A DNA stretch of 63,552 bases, filler included, from Octopus bimaculoides (Eukaryota), in NCBI RefSeq assembly GCF_001194135.2. It is 5 parts of 5 records of this genome, joined end to end, with 100 filler letters (N's around TTAATTAATTAA, not from the genome) between each part and the next. Parts side by side here need not be neighbours in the genome. Positions count along the whole stretch, not along the records: positions 18,647 to 44,847 come from NC_068989.1; 4 more parts are not named here. One strand, 5' to 3'. Position 1 is the stretch's first letter. The number at the start of each line of letters is the position of its first letter. Below the pieces are notes generated by a model. That model was not told the origin of the DNA and made no database searches. It saw nothing but the letters and a program-made list of their open reading frames with translations. The translations under genes were made by a program, and so were the position numbers. This document shows, piece after piece, positions 25,453 to 38,150 of this stretch.

Positions 25453-26597
25453 TTACATACCCCCACACACCCACATATATATAAATGTATACAAACATAT
25501 ATACATGCATACGTATACACACACACACACATATATATATGTATATATATATATTCATTTGTACGCATGTATACATATGCAAACGTGTGTGTGTGTGTGT
25601 GTGTGTGTAATTTGTATGTGTTCATTATCTATATGATGTACAGTCGTATGTATCGATACGACCCTGAACACTAAAGTAAATTCATTTCATGTATCTCTTA
25701 AAATCTGAATGTTCAATTTATTTGCTTCCATTAGACCGCACTGATCCTTTTAAAAGCTGTTGGTTATGTTGATATTCACTCCTCTTGTATATGTATATAT
25801 ATATATAGGAAACGAAGTGATGTGTCACCAATATTCTATTTTAGAAATTGTGAACAATAATGGTAATACATTTATTTCTAGGTTTATATGTATCATGTAT
25901 TTATATTAATTGGTTACATAGCTTATTTATTATCTAGGCTTCTCTTTGTAGCAAGACAAACATTATGGAAACGAAACACCCACACATGAGAAGATATAAA
26001 TATGTGACTATGTTTGTAGAAAGAGAGTATCCTGAAAATAAATGGCTTTGAATTTTCTGGGAGATTTAGAAATTTGTTGCTTTCTTCGTTAAACTCAGAG
26101 ATTTCTAGCATTGTTTATTCCTGTTTCTTCTCGTATTTAATATATGAATTGATGAATCAGTCGCTGGCTTACATGGTCGAGAAGCTCAAAGTCCTCTTCA
26201 TTAGTCATACAAAGTGATATTTATTATTCTTGTTTAGTCCTATGCTGGTCTTGATTGAGTAGATTTATGATTTGAGTTGTTCCTTTTTCCTTCTCTTTAC
26301 TATGGATTGGGTGTGAGAATACAATTGGTCGGAAACGTTATGTAATTTGATTTAGATGTGGTAGAGTTTAAGAAGAATGTGATTTCCAGTTCGTACGCGC
26401 ACCATTGGTATTTCAGAATGTATTCTCTCGGCTTTGATTTGAGTAGAATATCAGAGTTGCGTGTGAAAGTCTTACGTCTTGAGATAAAGGCAAGTCTTTG
26501 AAAACGTTCCAAAACCCCGCGATAGGTGAAACTCCGCAGAGTAGAAACAGTACTGTTCTGTATATTATTTTTTATTTATCATGTTTTAGAATTTATG

Positions 26598-26820
26598 AAG
26601 GCGGCGAGCTGGCAGAATCGTTAGCACGTCGGGCGAAATGCTTAGCGGTATTTCGTCTGTCGTTACGTTCTGAGTTCAAATTCCGCCGAGGTTAACTTTG
26701 CCTTTCATCCTTTCGGGGTCGATCAGATAAGTACCAGTTATGCACTGGGTCGATGATTACATCGATTTAATCCATTCCCCCAAATTTCAGGTCTTGTGCC
26801 TACAGTAGAAAGGATTATTT
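26598..26820 (+). mobile_element. SINE family A
   Basis: Full-length copy ending agtagaaaggattatt. Confidence 0.92.
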
Positions 26821-26890
26821 TTATAATTTGTATATATTTATTTTATTATTAATGCAAAACAACACCACGGGAGGATCGACGTAAGCTCAA

Positions 26891-27109
26891 ATAATCCTTT
26901 CTACTGGAAGCACAAGGCCTCAAATTTGGGGGAAGGGATTACGTCGATTACATCGACCCCAGTGTGTAACTGGTACTTATTTAATCGACCCCGAAAGGAT
27001 GAAAGACAAAGCCGAACTCGGCGGAATTTGATTTCAGAACGTGAAGACGGACGAAATACCGCAAAGCATTTTGCCCAGCGTGCTAATGATTCTGCCAGCT
27101 CACCACCTT
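26891..27109 (-). mobile_element. SINE family A
   Basis: Full-length inverted copy. Flanks gacgtaagctcaaataat and gacgtgagctaagataat look like a decayed TSD. Confidence 0.92.
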
Positions 27110-27224
27110 GACGTGAGCTAAGATAATAAACCGCGATAGGTGAACCGCGATAGATGAACCGCGATATAGTCATCGATGTAGAATGAGATTTGGACAAGGA
27201 GTTGCTTATTACCTTTTATCTTCT

Positions 27225-27420
27225 ACTTTGTTTTAGTCTTTGGACTGAGGCCATGCTGGAGCACCGCCTTCAAGAATTTTAGTCGAGCGAATCATCGACC
27301 CAAGTACTTATATTTTTTAAAGCATGGTACTTATTCCATAGGTCTCTTGCTGACTCGCAAAGACACATCAACACTGTTTGTCAAGCGATGGTTGGGGACA
27401 AACAGACACAAACCACACAC
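27225..27420 (-). mobile_element. SINE tail B
   Basis: ttagtctttggactgaggccatgctggagcaccgcc...gtcaagcgatggttggggacaaacagacac. Confidence 0.85.
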
Positions 27421-27459
27421 ACGCACACACACGCACACACATACACACATACACACATA

Positions 27460-27533
27460 AGGCGTAGGCGTGGCTGTGTGGTAAGACGCTTGCTTCTCAA
27501 CCACATGGTTCCAGGTTCAGTCCNNNNNNNNNN

Positions 27534-27565
<32 letters not shown>

Positions 27566-27810
27566 ATACATATATATAGAAAGACATGTATGTGTGTGTG
27601 TTTGTATGTCTGTGTTTTTCCCCACCATCGTTTGACAGCCGATGTTAGTGTGTTTACGTCCCAGAAACTTAGGTGTTCGCCAAAAGATACCGATAGAATA
27701 AGCACTAAGCTTACAAAGAATAAGTCCTGGGGTCGATTTGTTCGACTAAAGGCGGTGCTCCAGCATGGACGCAGTCAATTGACTGAAAAAAATAAAAGAA
27801 TAAAAGAACA
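27460..27810 (+). mobile_element. Composite SINE (head C + microsatellite/gap + tail B)
   Basis: aggcgtaggcgtggctgtgtggtaag...ggttcagtcc, then a gap and (CA)n, then cccaccatcgtttgacagccgatg...ggcggtgctccagcatgg. Confidence 0.88.
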
Positions 27811-27846
27811 TGTATATATTTAAACTTGCGGACGCAATATTTACAT

Positions 27847-27952
27847 ATCGCCTGAAGAAACACAACTAGATCTCATAATGCAGGGAAACAGTTGCATAAT
27901 CAAGTACCTTCACACCTGGAGAACTAAGTTGCGTCGAAACAATTGTAATGAT
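27847..27952 (+). ncRNA. Degenerate hammerhead-like motif with a long helix II
   Basis: CUGAAGA-aacacaacuag...cuaaguugcguc-GAA-ACAAUUGU-A: perfect palindromic helix III, with mismatched helix I and helix II. Confidence 0.4.
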
Positions 27953-28585
27953 TAAAAACATAAATGTCTAACCGTACTCCTTGTTGACTCCAAATTTTTT
28001 CAATTATCTATTTACACACGACAGATGCCCAAACGCAAACCTGGAAGTACGTATAATACTACTACTGGATAGCACAGGGTGAAATCTCAATGGTGGACGA
28101 GCTTTATACTGTACTCTACTACGTTCTTTACAGAATATACCATAACTATATATACATATATATANNNNNNNNNNNNNNNNNNNNNNNNNNNNNNNNNNNN
28201 NNNNNNNNNNNNNNNNNNNNNNNNNNNNNNNNNNNNNNNNNNNNNNNNNNNNNNNNNNNNNNNNNNNNNNNNNNNNNNNNNNNNNNNNNNNNNNNNNNNN
28301 NNNNNNNNNNNNNNNNNNNNNNNNNNNNNNNNNNNNNNNNNNNNNNNNNNNNNNNNGTGAAGTCACTCTGAATGATACTGGTAACATCATGATCGGGGCC
28401 GTCGGTGACTAAACCCCCAACCATACCAAGTGGTTTTTCGTTGCACACCATGTAGGACGAAAAGCACTACCTGTCACAGACGGATGAACTTCGTTGAGTC
28501 AACGGACATCCAACAACTGTAAAACCATTGGGAGTGAGGGGATCCTAGATGTTGTTACATAATCCTTCTAGAAGAGGGACATTCT

Positions 28586-28930
28586 AATGTAAAAGAACCC
28601 CTTCGGTCATGAATGACCATGGGATTGCACCTAGAAAGTTCCTACCCGAAGAAAATGTCCGGACAAGGTTGTTTATGGAAGACCAACAGTTGCCTAAGCA
28701 TAGCAGTCTCCCGTCTCCTTGCAACTGATATTCTCCAAGGGCAAGGCACACGTCGATACAGCTTGGCACCAGTGACGTCGCAACTAGTTTCTACAGATGA
28801 GCGAACAGGAGCAACGTGAAATAAAGTGTCTTGCTCAAGAACACAACACACAGCCTGGTCCGGGAATCGAACTCACTACCTCATGATTGTGAGCTTGACG
28901 CTCTAACCACTGAGCTAGACGCCTTCACTA
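28586..28930 (-). mobile_element. tRNA-derived SINE family D with a 9-bp TSD
   Basis: Head tagctcagtggttagagc...gagttcgattcccgg, CORE-like ttcttgagcaagacacttt, and TSD ggacattct at 28577-28585 and 28931-28939. Confidence 0.92.
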
Positions 28931-29215
28931 GGACATTCTGTTGTAAAACCTGCGGTTTTACGTAATTGCTGGTCATCTCACTTCTTCCTCTCAGTAGGTA
29001 CTAATCTTGAAGGTTCGTATTGTACAATCGTTTATCACCAGTGGCTCTCAGCCATTTTCTTTACCTATGGATCCCTTTGATTCGCATTTTATAGCTATTT
29101 GATGTTTAAAAAATCCCATTATATTTTTATAATTAAATATTATTAGGAATTGGATAAGAAAAAAATTGATAAAATATTTTGTGTACTGTAGAAGTATAAG
29201 CAATTTATTGCAGAT

Positions 29216-29590
29216 TGTTGTTGGCACTCCGTCGGTTACGACGACGAGGGTTCCAGTTGATCCGATCAACGGAACAGCTTGCTCGTGAAGTTAACGCGCA
29301 AGTGGCTGAGCACTCCACAGACACGTGTACCCTTAACGTAGATCTCGGGGAAGATTCAGCGTGACACAGAGTGTGACAAAGCTGGACTTTTGAAATACAG
29401 GTACAACAGAAACAGGAAGTAAGAGTGAGAGAAAGAGTACAGCAGGGTTCGCCACCATCCCCTGCCGGAGCCTCGTGGAGCTTTAGGTGTTTTCGCTCAA
29501 TAAACACTCACATGCCCGGTCTGGGAAACGAAACCGCGATGCTACGACCGCGAGTACGCTACCCTAACCACTGGGCCATTGCGCCTCCAC
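29216..29590 (-). mobile_element. tRNA-derived SINE family F, full length, with TSD
   Basis: Head tggaggcgcaatggcccagtggttaggg...ggtttcgtttcccag, an (AAC)-type tail, and TSD tattgcagat / tattacagat. Confidence 0.92.
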
Positions 29591-30543
29591 TATTACAGAT
29601 AAATTAGAAAGATATATATATCTTATATGGACATATAAGGATTATATGGCCTCCCCGCCAGTCGCGAACCACTAGTTTATCACTATAAAACAATGGTGTA
29701 CAAATGTCTCTTTTATGGTGACTTCATTTGTCATTCTATCTACTGAAAGTGCTATGGTGATGGAAGAATGGTGACGTGCGCAGACTTAACCAGTGAGAAG
29801 GTTCAACTTCGTTTCAAAAACGTTTGAAACTTTGCCATGAACAATCAAGAGGAAGTTAAGTTTTTTGTTTGACATCTATACTTCAAATCATGCAGATCTG
29901 CAAACAAGATTGAGCAGTCATCTAAGTGATCGTGGACAGAAAGTTAGAAATGCCAGTAACAATGATGATTCAGAAGAAAACGGCAATCGCCTGTGAAGAT
30001 ACAGCAATCACTCATACACACACACACGCATGCGCGTGCGCATTCACGCACACACACACTCACACGTACACACACAGACACACACACATACATCTGTCAA
30101 AGGGCGGAAGAGCTCATGAGTAGTCAACGGCCATCCAATAATATGGGTACATGTGTATGTATGCATGTATGCATGCGTAGGGACGTGGAAATACCTGAGT
30201 TGGTGTCCAGTCACGCGGTTGGCCCACTGGGAGTGGGAGGACCCTCTGCTGTCACATCATCTCTCTAAGAGAGGGAAGCTCTGAGAGAAAACCTGCGACA
30301 CTGACAATATTCAATGATGCAGACTAGGTCTTCTTTTCGAATTTATCTTGTCCATGTTCAGAGAGTGGGATCAGATTTGTATAAATCCTTTTCCCCACCA
30401 TAAAGGGTCATCATGCACAAGCATCGGTTGAAAAAAAAAAAAAACAACACAAAAATGGCTAGTTGTAGCCTTCGCATGTGTGGAACTTTCGATCAGGCGA
30501 TGGTAATATTCGACCACGAATTTGCAGTCACTTTACACACACC

Positions 30544-30597
<54 letters not shown>

Positions 30598-31529
30598 NNN
30601 NNNNNNNNNNNNNNNNNNNNNNNNNNNNNNNNNNNNNNNNNNNNNNNNNNNNNNNNNNNNNNNNNNNNNNNNNNNNNNNNNNNNNNNNNNNNNNNNNNNN
30701 NNNNNNNNNNNNNNNNNNNNNNNNNNNNNNNNNNNNNNNNNNNNNNNNNNNNNNNNNNNNNNNNNNNNNNNNNNNNNNNNNNNNNNNNNNNNNNNNNNNN
30801 NNNNNNNNNNNNNNNNNNNNNNNNNNNNNNNNNNNNNNNNNNNNNNNNNNNNNNNNNNNNNNNNNNNNNNNNNNNNNNNNNNNNNNNNNNNNNNNNNNNN
30901 NNNNNNNNNNNNNNNNNNNNNNNNNNNNNNNNNNNNNNNNNNNNNNNNNNNNNNNNNNNNNNNNNNNNNNNNNNNNNNNNNNNNNNNNNNNNNNNNNNNN
31001 NNNNNNNNNNNNNNNNNNNNNNNNNNNNNNNNNNNNNNNNNNNNNNNNNNNNNNNNNNNNNNNNNNNNNNNNNNNNNNNNNNNNNNNNNNNNNNNNNNNN
31101 NNNNNNNNNNNNNNNNNNNNNNNNNNNNNNNNNNNNNNNNNNNNNNNNNNNNNNNNNNNNNNNNNNNNNNNNNNNNNNNNNNNNNNNNNNNNNNNNNNNN
31201 NNNNNNNNNNNNNNNNNNNNNNNNNNNNNNNNNNGATTCTCTATATTTAATACTCAATATTCATATATTCAATAAGACATTCAATACTTCATTTCATTTT
31301 ACCATTTATATTATATTATATGTTCCATATTCTATATCCCACATTAATTTTATAAGAATATAAATAAAACATAAAAAACAGAGTTAGAACTCTTTTAGAT
31401 AATATATATATATCTGTATACACATGCATACAAACATACCTTCATACATGCATGCATGCATACATACATACATACATATATACGTACACACACATAGATA
31501 CTCCCCACAGACAGAAAGACTCACGCACG

Positions 31530-31569
<40 letters not shown>

Positions 31570-32302
31570 TACATACATACATACATATATANNNNNNNNN
31601 NNNNNNNNNNNNNNNNNNNNNNNNNNNNNNNNNNNNNNNNNNNNNNNNNNNNNNNNNNNNNNNNNNNNNNNNNNNNNNNNNNNNNNNNNNNNNNNNNNNN
31701 NNNNNNNNNNNNNNNNNNNNNNNNNNNNNNNNNNNNNNNNNNNNNNNNNNNNNNNNNNNNNNNNNNNNNNNNNNNNNNNNNNNNNNNNNNNNNNNNNNNN
31801 NNNNNNNNNNNNNNNNNNNNNNNNNNNNNNNNNNNNNNNNNNNNNNNNNNNNNNNNNNNNNNNNNNNNNNNNNNNNNNNNNNNNNNNNNNNNNNNNNNNN
31901 NNNNNNNNNNNNNNNNNNNNNNNNNNNNNNNNNNNNNNNNNNNNNNNNNNNNNNNNNNNNNNNNNNNNNNNNNNNNNNNNNNNAAAGGCGACTCGAGTTT
32001 CAGGGCTATTTCCCTTCGTCATGGCCGGTATGACAGTCTTTAACAGACTGTAATAAGTTGGCTGGTTTTCTGTCTTTTATACCAATTCCTTTGGATGGCA
32101 GCAGTAGGTGTCTGGCTATTTTTAGAATTGATGTTAAATCTATTTTTAGACATGATGATATTTTAATTTATTGTTTTGTGTGGGTTGTAGGGATAAGATT
32201 TTTAAACCGCAGTAGGTGTTTGGCTGTTCTTAGAAATGATGCCAAATCTATTTATAGAAATGATGATATCTATATATATATATATACACACGCATACGTA
32301 CA

Positions 32303-33177
32303 TACACAAAGTATGATGGGTAAATTGTCGCCATTTCATATTTTTTATTTCGCGCGTGTGCATTGTTTGCTTTGATTTCGTCGACTACACAGTATAGTAG
32401 GGTCAGTTGGGCACCGTCTGAGAGAAAAACAGTAACATGACGCAATTCACTCTGCTAGAAAATTGAAAACTACATGCTGTACTGCTTAGAATTCGTGCCG
32501 GAAGCTCCAATACGCACATTTCAAAGTGTTTGGGAGTCAATCTGAGGACATGTACCAAGAGTGAGAAAAATCAAACATCCAGTCAACATCATAATGTTTG
32601 GAGTGATCACGGGTGATGGCGGCGTTATGTCTCCATTCAACTTCCCATACGGCCTCAGACTCAATACGGAGGCCTACATCAAGTGCCTGGAGGAGGTAGT
32701 GCTGCCCTGGGTGAAGAGGGTGGCTGCTGGAAGACTCTATATCTGGCAACAAGACTGCACCATACGACACAAGTAGAACTCAGTCATGGCTGTCAGACAA
32801 TTTTTGTGACCACATCAGCCCTAACATCTGGTCACCTAACTCCCCAGACTGCAACTGTCTTGATTATAATGTGTGGGGCGCAGTTGACTGAGAGAGCAAC
32901 AAAACTCCTTGTAACACCAATGATGAATTGCTGGCAGGGATTACGGCAGCATTCACCAACTTAAACAAGGAGACCGTCCAGAAGAGTTGCAGGAGATTCC
33001 GAAGTCGTCTGGAAGCTGCGGTTGGAGCGAATGACGATTTTGTTGAGTAAATTTACCCTTTAGTATTTCAAGATATTTTTATGTTATTTTGGTAAATATA
33101 TCTGTTAAAATGAGATGTCAGTGTTATTTTCATTTTTGCGTAATTTAGACGACAGTTTATTCACCGCACCCTCTGTA
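32303..33177 (+). mobile_element. Internally deleted maT (DD37D-type) Tc1/mariner element
   Basis: MFGVITGDG, YIKCLEEVVLPWVKRVAAGRLYIWQQD and WSPNSPDCNCLDYNVWG. Imperfect TIRs tacacaaagtatgatgggtaaattgtcg and cgacagtttattcaccgcaccctctgta. Confidence 0.85.
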
Positions 33178-33188
33178 TGTGTGTGTAT

Positions 33189-33242
<54 letters not shown>

Positions 33243-33511
33243 GCATCTGCATAGCTGCAAAAAAAAAATTAAATAAATAAACAATCATATTTTTAAAGAT
33301 CGCTTCATTCAGAGGACTATCTAAATTTCAAAAGTGAGGACTCATTCTTCTGCTCGTATAAGCACAGATATATCTTAGTAAACTGGTCGATTGCACTGTA
33401 AAAATAAACGTTGGCTCTTTCATATAAGATATGCCACGCCCAACTTTGAAATATACAAACCCATACGCACACTCCACTTTTCTTTGCACCTCTATTCCAT
33501 CCCGCATTTAC

Positions 33512-33541
33512 CGTTCCAAAATTTCCTTGTATGCGAATATC
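33512..33541 (-). CDS. Candidate 30-nt micro-exon
   Basis: cacactttatttacag|GATATTCGCATACAAGGAAATTTTGGAACG|gtaaat; all three frames are open. No homology evidence. Confidence 0.2.
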
Positions 33542-34780
33542 CTGTAAATAAAGTGTGAACTAAGGGACATAACTTTGTTGAACTAAATATTCTTTTCCTT
33601 AGATTTCATCTGATTTCTTTTATGAATTTCTTCCCGGTATTTTATAACAATCCTTAGACTCATAAACGGGTTCAGTCATCTAGTGACAGGAGCCACGCCA
33701 TACTGTTTCTTCCAGCCATTTCTGATGATTACCGGAGTTGGTTCTTCACCTCTGATATTACCCACCTGGTGATCTGGCTACCACGAGTCTCTCTCTTTCT
33801 TAAAAAAATTTTTTTAAATCTTTTTACTTCTTGCCATCATTAGATTGCAGTCATGCTGGTGCACCGCCTTGAAGAATTTTTAGTCGAATGAATCGACCCC
33901 AGTACTTTTTTTTAAAGCCTGGTACTTATTCCATCGGTTTCTTTTGCCAGATCGCTAAGTNNNNNNNNNNNNNNNNNNNNNNNNNNNNNNNNNNNNNNNN
34001 NNNNNNNNNNNNNNNNNNNNNNNNNNNNNNNNNNNNNNNNNNNNNNNNNNNNNNNNNNNNNNNNNNNNNNNNNNNNNNNNNNNNNNNNNNNNNNNNNNNN
34101 NNNNNNNNNNNNNNNNNNNNNNNNNNNNNNNNNNNNNNNNNNNNNNNNNNNNNNNNNNNNNNNNNNNNNNNNNNNNNNNNNNNNNNNNNNNNNNNNNNNN
34201 NNNNNNNNNNNNNNNNNNNNNNNNNNNNNNNNNNNNNNNNNNNNNNNNNNNNNNNNNNNNNNNNNNNNNNNNNNNNNNNNNNNNNNNNNNNNNNNNNNNN
34301 NNNNNNNNNNNNNNNNNNNNNNNNNNNNNNNNNNNNNNNNNNNNNNNNNNNNNNNNNNNNNNNNNNNNNNNNNNNNNNNNNNNNNNNNNNNNNNNNNNNN
34401 NNNNNNNNNNNNNNNNNNNNNNNNNNNNNNNNNNNNNNNNNNNNNNNNNNNNNNNNNNNNNNNNNNNNNNNNNNNNNNNNNNNNNNNNNNNNNNNNNNNN
34501 NNNNNNNNNNNNNNNNNNNNNNNNNNNNNNNNNNNNNNNNNNNNNNNNNNNNNNNNNNNNNNNNNNNNNNNNNNNNNNNNNNNNNNNNNNNNNNNNNNNN
34601 NNNNNNNNNNNNNNNNNNNNNNNNNNNNNNNNNNNTGGCCTCTTCGCCTAGCCAGCAGGGTGGCATCGTTCGAAAGCTAAAACAATGCAAAGTAGTACTT
34701 TGAAATAAGTGATATATAACAATATCCGATAGTTTGGTCACTATAGTGATATATATATATATATATATATATATACATGG

Positions 34781-35851
34781 ATCGTAGATAAGGGGAGACA
34801 ACTTTGTGTAGTTATGTTGACGTCGATATTGAGCTGAAATGTTCAACAAATATTCTTATTATTTTTGCATTCACTTGATTGTTGTCTTCTCTCTCTCTCT
34901 CCCTCTCTCTCTCTCTCTCATACACACACACACACACACCTCAATAGACGTCAGTGATTGGTTAAAATTACCGAAATACGACAATTTTAACACGAAATAA
35001 CTTTAAAATATAAACTTTTCTCAACAACACTAAGCGTAAAAGATGTTTTATATGACACATTCTACCAGTGTCCCAAGTTTGAAAGTGTTTCGTTAAGAAA
35101 ACACGTGGTGTCCGCCAAATCAGAAAGATCCATATATATATATATATATATATATATATTGCTTAAAAGAGTTCCAACACTGTCTGTTTTTTATGTTTTA
35201 TTTATATTCCTGCAGAACTAATGTGGGGTATAGAATATGGAATATACAATATATAATATGATATACAATATACAATATAAAATAAAATAAAATAAAATAA
35301 AAATGGATGGCACCATGAAAGAAAGTATTGAATGTANNNNNNNNNNNNNNNNNNNNNNNNNNNNNNNNNNNNNNNNNNNNNNNNNNNNNNNNNNNNNNNN
35401 NNNNNNNNNNNNNNNNNNNNNNNNNNNNNNNNNNNNNNNNNNNNNNNNNNNNNNNNNNNNNNNNNNNNNNNNNNNNNNNNNNNNNNNNNNNNNNNNNNNN
35501 NNNNNNNNNNNNNNNNNNNNNNNNNNNNNNNNNNNNNNNNNNNNNNNNNNNNNNNNNNNNNNNNNNNNNNNNNNNNNNNNNNNNNNNNNNNNNNNNNNNN
35601 NNNNNNNNNNNNNNNNNNNNNNNNNNNNNNNNNNNNNNNNNNNNNNNNNNNNNNNNNNNNNNNNNNNNNNNNNNNNNNNNNNNNNNNNNNNNNNNNNNNN
35701 NNNNNNNNNNNNNNNNNNNNNNAGAGAGAGAGAGAGAGAGAGAGAGAACAATCAAGTGTATGCAAAAATAATTAGAATATTAGTTGTTGAACATTTCAGC
35801 TCAATATCGACCTAAACATAACTATACAGAGTTCTCTCCCATATCTTCGAT
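34781..35851. mobile_element. MITE-like element with ~103-bp terminal inverted repeats
   Basis: 34781-34883 is the reverse complement of 35747-35851 (roughly 85-90% identity by eye), continued inward by (CT)n and (AG)n. Confidence 0.7.
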
Positions 35852-36149
35852 TTATTTTTTTTTCTTTCTTTCTAGCTTTTTCACACATTTATTTCTAATG
35901 TATCCTGCATGAAATAACTTTTTCTTGTTTCAGTCATTGGATGACGGCCATGCTAGGGCACAGCCTTGAAGGATTTAGTCGAAAAAATCTTTGTCACTGT
36001 TGTTATTGTCATTCCATTTGCTCATTGTTGGCTTCAACCCTGAGAGATAGCAGCGAAAAGCGCAGTCGTTAGTTTTCCTGGCCTAGACCGATCCGACATG
36101 TTAAATCTTGTTTGTCTGTCTATTATTGCATTCCAGTGAGCTTTAAAAA

Positions 36150-37483
36150 TGCTTGGTGCTGCCAGTCTCCTCTCCAGCATTTCAGTCCGCCACTAAGTTT
36201 AGGCGGCCAGCAGAAGCAGTTACCAGGTTGCGGCTGAGAATGGTTTCGGAGCCAAAAGTGAGAGCAACTGAGAACCAAAGTACCCGCCCATTCTTAAAGA
36301 TGCTACAGCCGAAAACTAAGATATTTTCTCTGCTCGAACATTCTGAAGCCGGGACAGAGAAGGGCAACAACAAGTTTACTTATGAAACTCTCAAAATTCT
36401 AACGGAAACACAGAAACACACTGCTAGTATTAGTGAGGTCTGTGTACTGCAAAGACTTTTTCAGTCACAACCTCAAACATGACAGCATTATTCTTAACAG
36501 TTCCAATGCGGTGAGCTGACATAGTCGTTAGCATGCTGGACGAAATGCTCAGCAGTGTTTCGCCCGTCGTTACGTTCTCAGTTCAAATTCCGCCGAGGTC
36601 GATTTTGTCTTTTACTCTTTCGGGGTCGATAAAATGAGTACCAGTTGAGCACTGAGGTCGATGTAATCGACTATCTCCCTCCCCCAAAATTTCAGGCCTT
36701 GTGCCTATAGTAGAAAGGATTATTCTTAATTGTTCCATCTATAACAACAATAGCTATAGCAGAGAACTTAAGAAATTTCAATTTTCCAGAAGTCGAATAA
36801 TCAGTACGCATGCTCAACGATGGAAAATCCCCAGGAGTGGATAACATCTCGTCAGAATTCCTAAAACATCGAGGGCCAAAGCTTATCATGACTTCACGAA
36901 GTGGACACCTGTCAGAAGATACGAGAGACAAAGCAGTGGTAAAAAAAATTGAACTCAATTACTGATGATACCCATTCTCAAGAAAGGTAACTTAAAAGTG
37001 CTAAAATTATCGAATAATCAACCTAATTAACTACACCAACAAAGCATTGCGAAGAGTTCTGCTAAACAGACTTAGGGGAAAGCAGGGGAAATCCTTACAG
37101 AAGAACATGCTGGATTTAAGCCCAAAAGAAGTGCTGTTGAGCAGATATTTAACAAACATTTGTTTTCCAACGAATCTAAAAGCCCACAAGTCCCTGGTGA
37201 CTATGATCTTTCTGTATTGGAGTGAAAGCTGAACTTACGGCTAACATGGAGCGAAGAATCCAGGCATTTGAGCCCAAGTCCTTCAAAAGGCACCTATATC
37301 TCCAGTATTCAGAGTACATAACAAATAACTTTGTCAAGTAGCAAGTCAACAAATGCGCATGCAGACAGGAACAACTCGTTGCACTGGTAAAAAGACGAAA
37401 GCTTGCCTGGTACGATCAGGTATCCCGCCACAACAACCAGTTCCAAAACCGTCCATCAAGGCATACCTGAGAGAGGGCGAAAG
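36150..37483 (+). mobile_element. RTE-clade (BovB-like) LINE relic, internally deleted and interrupted by a SINE
   Basis: GTEKGNNKFTYETLKILTET, GKSPGVDNISSEFLKH, NYRIINLIN, ERRIQAFE and VKRRKLAWY, in the order expected for an RTE ORF. Confidence 0.85.
36505..36724 (+). mobile_element. SINE family A inserted into the RTE relic
   Basis: Full-length copy lying between two RTE coding segments. Confidence 0.9.
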
Positions 37484-37544
37484 AGGGTTACCCGGGGTTT
37501 CACGTCCATAAATCGCTTAGCTTTACAGCGTTTCTTCAGACCCT
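37484..37544 (-). ncRNA. Type I hammerhead-ribozyme-like motif
   Basis: AGGGU-CUGAAGA-(31-nt imperfect helix II, A ACG...CGU)-GAA-ACCCCGGGU-A-ACCCU: perfect 5-bp helix I and near-palindromic helix III. Confidence 0.6.
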
Positions 37545-38150
37545 AAACCCGTAGATCTTTGACCTCTCTAGCAAATGCTATATATATATATTATTCAAAG
37601 TGTTCTATATCCAAGACGGCCGATCATTCCAATTAATTTCGCGCTAGGGATTCAACGGAGTGTTAGGTAACAATCTGNNNNNNNNNNNNNNNNNNNNNNN
37701 NNNNNNNNNNNNNNNNNNNNNNNNNNNNNNNNNNNNNNNNNNNNNNNNNNNNNNNNNNNNNNNNNNNNNNNNNNNNNNNNNNNNNNNNNNNNNNNNNNNN
37801 NNNNNNNNNNNNNNNNNNNNNNNNNNNNNNNNNNNNNNNNNNNNNNNNNNNNNNNNNNNNNNNNNNNNNNNNNNNNNNNNNNNNNNNNNNNNNNNNNNNN
37901 NNNNNNNNNNNNNNNNNNNNNNNNNNNNNNNNNNNNNNNNNNNNNNNNNNNNNNNNNNNNNNNNNNNNNNNNNNNNNNNNNNNNNNNNNNNNNNNNNNNN
38001 NNNNNNNNNNNNNNNNNNNNNNNNNNNNNNNNNNNNNNNNNNNNNNNNNNNNNNNNNNNNNNNNNNNNNNNNNNNNNNNNNNNNNNNNNNNNNNNNNNNN
38101 NNNNNNNNNNNNNNNNNNNNNNNNNNNNNNNNNNNNNNNNNNNNNNNNNN

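Larger units (their letters stand above)
26510..27180. mobile_element. Possible Tigger-like non-autonomous element interrupted by two SINEs
   Basis: The motif ccgcgataggtgaa occurs on both sides of the SINE pair and is repeated at 27130-27170 (aaccgcgataggtgaaccgcgatagatgaaccgcgatatag). Confidence 0.4.

Noticed and set aside
25900-26500. Possible Penelope-like coding remnant on the minus strand
   Set aside because: No RT or GIY-YIG motif could be read in any frame.
28860-28930. tRNA-like sequence (also 29520-29590 and the head C copies)
   Set aside because: A and B boxes are present, but each continues into SINE bodies with TSDs, so these are SINE heads rather than tRNA genes.
32101-32270. 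Diverged 108-bp tandem duplication
   Set aside because: Only two copies, AT-rich, with no spacer structure; not CRISPR-like.
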